Below are positions 57,704 through 64,000 of a DNA stretch of 64,000 bases, one piece after another (position 1 is the stretch's first letter; each line of letters begins with the position of its first letter). Below the pieces are notes generated by a model, which was not told where the DNA came from, did not search any database, and was given only the letters and a program-made list of their open reading frames with translations. The position numbers and the translations under genes are program-made. Origin of the DNA: Candidatus Oxydemutatoraceae bacterium (GTDB taxonomy: Bacteria; Pseudomonadota; Gammaproteobacteria; Poriferisulfidales; Oxydemutatoraceae); the NCBI GenBank assembly GCA_965220085.1, contig CBDCOZ010000002.1, positions 96,001 to 160,000 of the forward strand, written 5' to 3'.

Positions 57704-59772
57704 TCTTTTATGCCGACGGCCGAGTCTTGCAGGTGTTTTTGCAGCGTTGCAAAATCCTCAATCGGCTCGCGGCAGGTCGCCCCGCGGCACGGGTAGGCGC
57801 AGGCTGTTGCGCGCGGCAACTTATCCGCCATCCCTTCAATGGTCAATTTCTCTGCGCTCGGTATCGCAAAGCAGATCCGCAACGGGTTATAGCGGAGCGC
57901 TGTTTGCGCAAGCCATCGTTCGCACTCGGCAGCGGGGGCGCGGATGATCAATGTTTCCGACAAGTCGTCTTGCTCAAGCGCGGCTTTGAGCAGGCCGGCG
58001 TGATTCTCCGGCGAGCGCGTGATAGCGCCGCCGGCTTGGGCGATTGCTCTTGCGGCGGCGCTCAGATATTTTTCGTTGCCGAGAATATTGCCCAATGTGG
58101 TCAGCGCGCCCGCGGCGGCGCCATAGCCCGAGGGTGTCGCTTCATCGGCCAGTATGCGCGGGCGCTGGAGCAGCGTCTCGTGGTCGTGGGAGGTGAAAAA
58201 GAACCCGCCTTGTTCGGTATCTTCAAACCGCGCAATCAAGGTGTCGGCAAGTTCGCAGGCGAAGATAAAATAGTCGCTGTTCCATCGGCTTTGGCAGACT
58301 TCGAGTATCGCGTCGATTAAAAACGCGTAATCGTCCAGATACGCGTTTAACTTTGGCTCGCCTCCGTTCCACGATGCCAACAGACGCCCGTCCCGCCACA
58401 TGGCGCGGCGGATAAATTCCAGCGCGCAGACCGCCGATGACAGATATTCTTTTTTGCCGAGCAAGCGGGCGGCTTGTGCCATGGCTTTGATCATCAGCCC
58501 GTTCCATGCGGTCAATACCTTGTCATCGCGCGCCGGTCGTATCCTTTGCTCGCGCTGTTTGAGCAACCGGCTCTGTCCGCGCCGCAGCAGCTCGCGGATG
58601 TCATCTTCCGCGGCGGCAAACCGTTCGGCAAGCTCGGCGATCGTGCGCTTTTGATAGAGATGCCAGCGCCCTTCAAAGTTCGGGAGATCGTCCAGGCCGA
58701 AGCGGGCGGCATACGCGGGGTAGTCTTGCCGCAGAAGGCTTTTTACTTCTTGCGGGTCCCAGACATAGTATTTGCCTTCGACGCCCTCCGAGTCGGCATC
58801 CAGCGCCGAGTAAAAACCGCCTTGCGGGGATTGCATCTCGCGCATGACCCATCGCGCGGTGTCGTCGGCGCACTCTGACAGCAGCGCATCGCCGGATAGG
58901 CGCCAGGCTTGCGCTAACAGTCCCAGCAAGCCCGCATTGTCGTAAAGCATCTTCTCAAAATGCGGGATCAGCCATTTCTCGTCTACCGAGTAGCGGCAAA
59001 ATCCGCCGCCGAGTTGGTCGCAGATTCCGCCGCGACAAACTTTCTCAAGCGTAAATAACGCCATGTGCAAGGCGCGGCTGTCGTCGTTGCGAGCGGCGTG
59101 TCTGAGCAGCAACTCGATGTAATGACAGTTCGGAAACTTCGGTTCGTTGCCGAATCCGCCGTGTTGCGGATCAAATAATTTGCCCAGATTGGCGACCGCT
59201 TGTTGTGCGAGCGCCGCCGCCGCGGGCATCGTGTCGGTTGCGGCGGCAGAGAATATGTCGCCGAGCGATCGGCGCACCGCTTCCCTATGGTCGTGCAACG
59301 CGTTCTTGTTGGCGTGATAGTACTCGTGCGCGCGTCTGAGCACATCCTTGAAAGGCGGCAAGCCGTGGCGTTGCTCTTTGGGGAAATAGGTGCCGCCGAA
59401 GAAAGGCGTTTGGTCTTGCGGCAGGAGAAACATGGTCAAGGGCCAGCCGCCGGAACGCTGTGTGATCAGTATTTGCGCGGTCTGATAAATCTTATCCAAG
59501 TCGGGCCGCTCTTCGCGATCCACTTTGATATTGACAAAGAGTTCGTTCATCACCGCGGCGGTCTCTTCGTCTTCAAACGATTCGTGCGCCATGACGTGAC
59601 ACCAATGGCACGCCGAGTAGCCGATGGATAACAGTATCGGTTTGTCTTGTTCGCGCGCGACATCCAGCGCGGCTTGGTTCCACGGGCGCCACGCCACCGG
59701 ATTGTCCGCGTGTTGCAACAGGTAGGGGCTGGTTTCCTGTGCGAGGCGGTTGATGTGTTTTTGCGTTGACAT
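57700..59772 (-). CDS. Thioredoxin-domain protein, YyaL/DUF255 family
   Basis: [46 protein letters not shown]. Confidence 0.95.
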   Translation of the reverse strand: MSTQKHINRLAQETSPYLLQHADNPVAWRPWNQAALDVAREQDKPILLSIGYSACHWCHVMAHESFEDEETAAVMNELFVNIKVDREERPDLDKIYQTAQILITQRSGGWPLTMFLLPQDQTPFFGGTYFPKEQRHGLPPFKDVLRRAHEYYHANKNALHDHREAVRRSLGDIFSAAATDTMPAAAALAQQAVANLGKLFDPQHGGFGNEPKFPNCHYIELLLRHAARNDDSRALHMALFTLEKVCRGGICDQLGGGFCRYSVDEKWLIPHFEKMLYDNAGLLGLLAQAWRLSGDALLSECADDTARWVMREMQSPQGGFYSALDADSEGVEGKYYVWDPQEVKSLLRQDYPAYAARFGLDDLPNFEGRWHLYQKRTIAELAERFAAAEDDIRELLRRGQSRLLKQREQRIRPARDDKVLTAWNGLMIKAMAQAARLLGKKEYLSSAVCALEFIRRAMWRDGRLLASWNGGEPKLNAYLDDYAFLIDAILEVCQSRWNSDYFIFACELADTLIARFEDTEQGGFFFTSHDHETLLQRPRILADEATPSGYGAAAGALTTLGNILGNEKYLSAAARAIAQAGGAITRSPENHAGLLKAALEQDDLSETLIIRAPAAECERWLAQTALRYNPLRICFAIPSAEKLTIEGMADKLPRATACAYPCRGATCREPIEDFATLQKHLQDSAVGIKE

Positions 59773-59861
59773 AGGGCGGGGTCTGGCAAGCCGGTGCGTA
59801 AGTTGTATAATTCATCTTACTACGATTTCTCTGTTTCTGGCATTATTCGTCATTCATTATT

Positions 59862-60701
59862 ATGGTGATCACCCGCGATGTTCCGTTTGTAGCGGTTATT
59901 AACCCGCCTGTGCTCGGCGCCCGCCGTCGCAAACGCCTTGAGGCGCATCTGCCGACATGCCGCGGTCGCATTCCGTCGGTGAAGTACATGGGCGTGAACA
60001 AAAACCACCTTGATATCAGGGGCTGGAACAGCCCGTTGCTGCGCGATGAGCGCGGCTTTTTTATCCGCTCAAAATTGGCGCTGGGGCTGGAGCCGCATGT
60101 TAAAGACTTCAAGAAAGAGTACGGGCATTACTTTCGGGTCGGCCCGCGCGATGTTCCGATGGAGAAAGCATCCGCGGGGACTGTCGCGATGATCGCTTGT
60201 GCGATATCTCATATTCAGGTTTGGGAGTATGTCGCGCGCGAACTGGAAGACGATCAGGCGGCGTTGATTCTTGAAGACGATGTGTTTCTGAGCAGAGACC
60301 AATCCTTTGACACAGTGCGGATGCCCGCAGAGGCGGACATACTGTATCAATCGCACAGGGTGACGCCGGGCGAAGCGTATGACGAAGAGTTTTTTCGGGT
60401 CAAAGCTTCCGCATCCGGGGCCTACACGTACTTTCTGACCGCAAAAGGGGCGAACAAGTTATGCGCCGCTTTGTTGCCGGCGCCGGATTGTCGCGATATC
60501 GATATGGAGATGTTCCGCGAGTGGGCTTTGGATCGCGACCTATACAAAGTGTTTGCCGCCCCGAAGATGAATGTTCGCCACGCGATGGGGGGAAGGTCTC
60601 TGATAAAGGAAGAGCCCGTGCGCCGCTGCCGCTTGGGAAAGAAATTATGGCAATATATGCTTTTGTCCCTGCGGGGCATAAAAAATAAAGTGTTAGAATA
60701 A
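59862..60701 (+). CDS. Glycosyltransferase family 25-like protein
   Basis: VIN..RR, AC.ISH..VW, LILEDDV, Y..T.KGA.KL. Confidence 0.75.
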   Translation: MVITRDVPFVAVINPPVLGARRRKRLEAHLPTCRGRIPSVKYMGVNKNHLDIRGWNSPLLRDERGFFIRSKLALGLEPHVKDFKKEYGHYFRVGPRDVPMEKASAGTVAMIACAISHIQVWEYVARELEDDQAALILEDDVFLSRDQSFDTVRMPAEADILYQSHRVTPGEAYDEEFFRVKASASGAYTYFLTAKGANKLCAALLPAPDCRDIDMEMFREWALDRDLYKVFAAPKMNVRHAMGGRSLIKEEPVRRCRLGKKLWQYMLLSLRGIKNKVLE

Positions 60702-60744
60702 ATGCTTTTGCGGATTTGAGCGTATTGTTCGGAGGAAGAAAATT

Positions 60745-61077
60745 ATGGCGGATAATGACATAACAAGCAAAGCAAATAATGTGGTCGGCCAGTGGGATGG
60801 CGCCGATGTCAATGATCTGAAAGTTGAGTTGATGCGGGTGAAAAAGGAATTGAGAGAGCAAGAGAGCGGCGACAAGGTCGAAGTGACCGGCATCCCTCAT
60901 CGCGATCAGTTTCCCGATGACTTGAAAGATTTCACTCCCTATCTGTTATGGGGCTGTGACAAAAACGGGATGTGTCTCGTCGGTTCCGGCGCCAATCGCA
61001 CGGAGTCGGTCGAAAGCATTCGCGAGTTCTATGCGAACGATATCGCCAAGGACGCGCTGAATCGCAATCGGGAGTAA
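60745..61077 (+). CDS. Hypothetical protein
   Basis: 110-aa ORF with GGAGG RBS. Confidence 0.75.
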   Translation: MADNDITSKANNVVGQWDGADVNDLKVELMRVKKELREQESGDKVEVTGIPHRDQFPDDLKDFTPYLLWGCDKNGMCLVGSGANRTESVESIREFYANDIAKDALNRNRE

Positions 61078-61099
61078 ATGCCCATTCGGGTTTCGCTGC

Positions 61100-61173
61100 G
61101 GGCGCGTAGCTCAGCCGGTTAGAGCACCACCTTCACATGGTGGGGGTCGTTGGTTCGAATCCATCCGCGCCTA
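61100..61173 (+). tRNA. tRNA-Val (CAC), CCA not encoded
   Basis: gggcgcgtagctcagccggttagagca-ccacc-tt-cac-at-ggtgg..ggttcgaatcc; one mismatch in the T stem. Confidence 0.93.
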
Positions 61174-61204
61174 TCGCCTTGTGCCTATCGCCTTGGCCCA
61201 GCAA

Positions 61205-61549
61205 TCAATAGCCGCCTTTGCGGCGGCTTTCGGGCAAGCCCGCGATGCGCCCGGCCTGCTTGCTCGGGTCTTTCGGGAACAAGTCGTACAAGTCTTTCGC
61301 GCCGACGCCTTTGTCGCCCCACTTCGCTTGCATCGCTTTGACTATGTTGCGCGTGTTGGGTTGGTTTTCGTTATTGTTGAGAAACTCCTCGCGCAAATAA
61401 TTCAGCACATCCCAATGTTTGTCCGTCAGCGCCAGATCGTCGGATCGGGCAATCGCTTCGGCGACATCGGGCGTCCAATCCTGCGCATTGAGCAGATAGC
61501 CGTTGTCATTCGTTTCGATTTCTTTGTCTTTTACCGCTAATGTCGGCAT
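61205..61549 (-). CDS. TusE/DsrC-family protein with no cysteine (RspA-like)
   Basis: GYL..DWT..VA.AIA, LTDKHW.V..YLR, LY.LFP..P.KQA.RIAGLP; ends RRKGGY. Confidence 0.88.
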   Translation of the reverse strand: MPTLAVKDKEIETNDNGYLLNAQDWTPDVAEAIARSDDLALTDKHWDVLNYLREEFLNNNENQPNTRNIVKAMQAKWGDKGVGAKDLYDLFPKDPSKQAGRIAGLPESRRKGGY

Positions 61550-61659
61550 CGTTTTTGTCTCCTGATAAAAGTTGAATGGATAAGTGAGGCGATAATTTTA
61601 CCACTTTCCCGTAAGCTATCCTTTTCCCTCACAAAGGCAGAGTATTGCACAGCGCTAAC

Positions 61660-62080
61660 CATTACTCCCCCTTGCGAGGGAGTCGAGGCGTCTCCCTGTT
61701 CGGTAGCATGTTGATACCACATTACTCCCCCCTTGCGGGGGAGTCGGTGCGAGGGGATGGCTCGCGCTATCGCAACGGGCCATTACACCCCCTCGCAGGA
61801 TGCCAGCAGCGCTCTCCCCTCGCGGGAGAGTCGGGTTGGCATGCCGCCGCTTTTTGCGCCGCCCTTGTGGCACTCCCCCCTCGCGGGAGAGTCGGCGTAG
61901 CACAGCTTCGCCGGAGAGGGGGAAGGAGCAGACTTCAATGCGCTTTGTGTCTTCACCAAACCTTGCCTCCTCGCCGCATCGTCCGTCCTCTGCGGCTTGT
62001 CCTCTGCGCTTGGCGCAAGCCGGAAACTTTCCCACAAGGAGGTTTCGCCGGCGGAGCAATTCTCCCGCAAGGGGAGAGTA
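61660..62080. repeat. Cluster of REP-family hairpins; 61660-61894 has a CRISPR-like 60-61 bp period
   Basis: Repeats at 61660, 61720, 61781 (degenerate), 61807 and 61868; 34-nt interveners; inverted hairpin near 62061. Confidence 0.75.
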
Positions 62081-62084
62081 TTGC

Positions 62085-62774
62085 TTACTGCGCGGGGTCA
62101 TAAACCGCCGCGATGCTTTTGTGCGGCAGGAAAATGCCGCAGCCGATCACCCGGTGTTCGCCGAGCCCGCGCTGTTGCAGGCGTATGGAATCGTTAAAAC
62201 TGAGACCGTCGACCATCAGGCTGCGACAGCTTAATTCCCCTTCGCGACCCGCGATCGTGTGTTGGCGCCCGGTCATAATCCTCAGTGTCGTGATGTCTTG
62301 TCGCTTCAGCATAGCGGCGACCCGCTCAAGAAAAGCGCTTTCATCCAGCGGCGCGGCAAAGGCGATGCGGCGCGCAAACAACGTGGTCTCACGGCTCAAC
62401 AAGCGCGTGCGCGAGACCCCGAGTCGCAAGTCGTAACCGCCAAGGCCGAGGGTTTGGCGTTCCAGCGCGCGGGCTACTTCGACCTGCTCTGCCGGCAGCC
62501 GCACGATAAAGCGCGCCCGTTTTGAGAGGTGAATAATACCGCCGGCGGCGGGGCGCATCCAGCCGTTGCCGGATTCCGCTCCGTGCAAGGTATGGATGCC
62601 GATATCGGGATTGTCCCTGACCCACGGCAGCGCATCTGCCACCGCCCGATACAGCGCTTTGCCATGGTCGATCGGCAACTTCGCGCACGTCACACGGAAT
62701 ACCAGATCGACGATGTCCTCGGGCACCTTGGGCGGCCGGGCTTTGGTATCGCTGTCTTCCCAATGCAGGCTCAC
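62085..62774 (-). CDS. cas6: Stand-alone Cas6 (Cmx6 / I-MYXAN-like) RAMP protein
   Basis: VDLVF.V..LP.DH..LY.A, LHLS-like IHLSKR, and C-terminal Gly-rich loop LQQRGLGEHRVIGCGIFLP. Confidence 0.85.
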   Translation of the reverse strand: MSLHWEDSDTKARPPKVPEDIVDLVFRVTCAKLPIDHGKALYRAVADALPWVRDNPDIGIHTLHGAESGNGWMRPAAGGIIHLSKRARFIVRLPAEQVEVARALERQTLGLGGYDLRLGVSRTRLLSRETTLFARRIAFAAPLDESAFLERVAAMLKRQDITTLRIMTGRQHTIAGREGELSCRSLMVDGLSFNDSIRLQQRGLGEHRVIGCGIFLPHKSIAAVYDPAQ

Positions 62775-62968
62775 CGGATGTTATCGGCCGAGGTAAAAGC
62801 CGCCTCAAGTTGCTCTTGCCAGTTCTCCGGGGTATCCGGAAACGGCGGTCGGATATCCATCTCTATAAACATCTCCCCTCTGCGCGCGCACTCCTTGACC
62901 AACTCGAGCAGTTGATCAAAGCGCTCCATTTGGTGGTCGCCGACCAGTATCGCGCTCAACCTCAGCAC
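62771..62968 (-). CDS. Small conserved-looking protein coupled to cas6
   Basis: 65 aa, MDIRPPFPDTP.NW..LE.AF; stop overlaps the cas6 start. Confidence 0.7.
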   Translation of the reverse strand: MLRLSAILVGDHQMERFDQLLELVKECARRGEMFIEMDIRPPFPDTPENWQEQLEAAFTSADNIR

Positions 62969-63006
62969 CGCAACCGCCTCTTTGTCTTGCCGGATATCAT
63001 CGCTTG

Positions 63007-63888
63007 TTACAGGCGGCAGAGTTGTTGCCAGCCGGTGTCCGGCAGGCGCTTGTGATAGCGCGCCCGGTACAGCAAGCGTTTGCTTTCGGCGCCGCTTTCA
63101 AACGCGCTGCGGTCGTGCAACACATTATTGCAAATCACCCCTTCGCCGGCCTTGAGTTGTCGCACCAGTTGATACTTTTCGTGGTGCGAGACTATCTCCC
63201 GTAAGCGGGACAATGCTTGCGCGCATTCCTTGCGCCACGTGATATTGCGCTTGCGGTCGGTATAGCGCATGAGCAGATTGCCGTCGGCATCGCTTGCGAG
63301 CGCCGGGTTGCTTTGTGCGGGGCGGCTGCCGTTCGCCGGAATGGTCATCGCCTCGGGGTGCATCAAGGTGCGGATATGTTCGGGGTTTTCATCCCGCAAC
63401 AGGATATAGATGATGTCGGGGTCAAGGTAGCGGTTTATCCCGCCCTCTTTTGCCGGGCGAACACAATGCATGATGAACGAACCGATAGCGTGTGTCGCAT
63501 CGTTATAGTAACCGTCGGTGTGCCAGGTCAGGGCGCTGTCGGAATAGGGTATGTAGTCGCTGTCATCGGTTTCTTGGATCAGGCTGATGTGTTGCGCGTT
63601 GGCGCGCGGGTTGGCGACCGGTTCGTCAAGACCGAGTCGCTGTCCGAGCGCGCGGATGTCGGACGGGCGCACTGTCGTTTGTTGCGACCGATAAAAGCAG
63701 ATGTTTGTCTTGCGGCATTGGCGCTTGATCGCTTCGATGTCTCGGTCGTTGAGCTCTGCCGGACTTTTGATCGCAATCGGGGCGGTCGCCGGATGTGTCC
63801 AGGCTTCAAACTTGTGTTTGCGCCAGCGCCGGTAAGTCGCCTCGTCGCTGCCGAGGAGGTCGGCGCATGTTGTATCTTGTTGTTTCAT
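63007..63888 (-). CDS. TauD/TfdA-family dioxygenase-like protein
   Basis: YIPY..L.WHTDGYYN, MHCVRPA..GG.N, NNVLHDR, R.LYRARY. Confidence 0.88.
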   Translation of the reverse strand: MKQQDTTCADLLGSDEATYRRWRKHKFEAWTHPATAPIAIKSPAELNDRDIEAIKRQCRKTNICFYRSQQTTVRPSDIRALGQRLGLDEPVANPRANAQHISLIQETDDSDYIPYSDSALTWHTDGYYNDATHAIGSFIMHCVRPAKEGGINRYLDPDIIYILLRDENPEHIRTLMHPEAMTIPANGSRPAQSNPALASDADGNLLMRYTDRKRNITWRKECAQALSRLREIVSHHEKYQLVRQLKAGEGVICNNVLHDRSAFESGAESKRLLYRARYHKRLPDTGWQQLCRL

Positions 63889-64000
63889 ACTGTATTACAT
63901 TGAAAAGCACGGTCGGCGGCAGAGCCCCCTCATTCAAGCCAGATTTTACAACACTTTGAGAGCGCTGTGCGGCTGTGTGGTAAAATCGCACGACGCTCAA

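Noticed and set aside
56832-61200. tRNA-Pro or tRNA-Val as island integration sites
   Set aside because: No distant duplicate of either 3' end was seen, only a local 12-nt repeat after tRNA-Val, and the flanks are mostly core genes
61660-61894. Formal CRISPR feature call
   Set aside because: The repeats are too variable and belong to a dispersed REP family; kept as a hypothesis only

Overview
GC-rich gammaproteobacterial chromosome segment. The Sel1/TPR/cadherin-like proteins and the tauD-cas6-dsrC-like cluster suggest a host-associated sulfur oxidiser, but this is inference. The right part (43.5-64 kb) is core genome: ampG, xth, lptD-surA-pdxA-rsmA-apaG-apaH, folA-thyA-lgt, tRNA-Pro, an acyltransferase, yyaL, tRNA-Val and a sulfur-relay cluster with an orphan Cas6. 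The left part (about 3.1-43.4 kb, between ctpA and ampG) is a defence island with no visible integrase or transposase. It holds three type III-like R-M systems, a NotI-like/Dam-like pair, GmrSD, AbiJ, SIR2, AlbA/Schlafen, Fic, HigBA and an Imm protein, interleaved with three Sel1 paralogues. Several nucleases or toxins are broken while their methylases or antitoxin are intact. The most unusual signal is a recurring 'duplicated flank + captured 26-39 nt fragment + duplicated flank' structure. One case is a 60-61 bp-period hairpin mini-array directly downstream of cas6, whose first 34-nt spacer matches Sel1 coding sequence. Also notable are a 40-bp hairpin array that ends in the Fic start codon, triplicated ampG 3' ends, in-frame rsmA-pdxA chimeras, and a G26 tract that switches an adhesin-like gene out of frame. 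All family assignments come from motifs read by eye. No database search was run.
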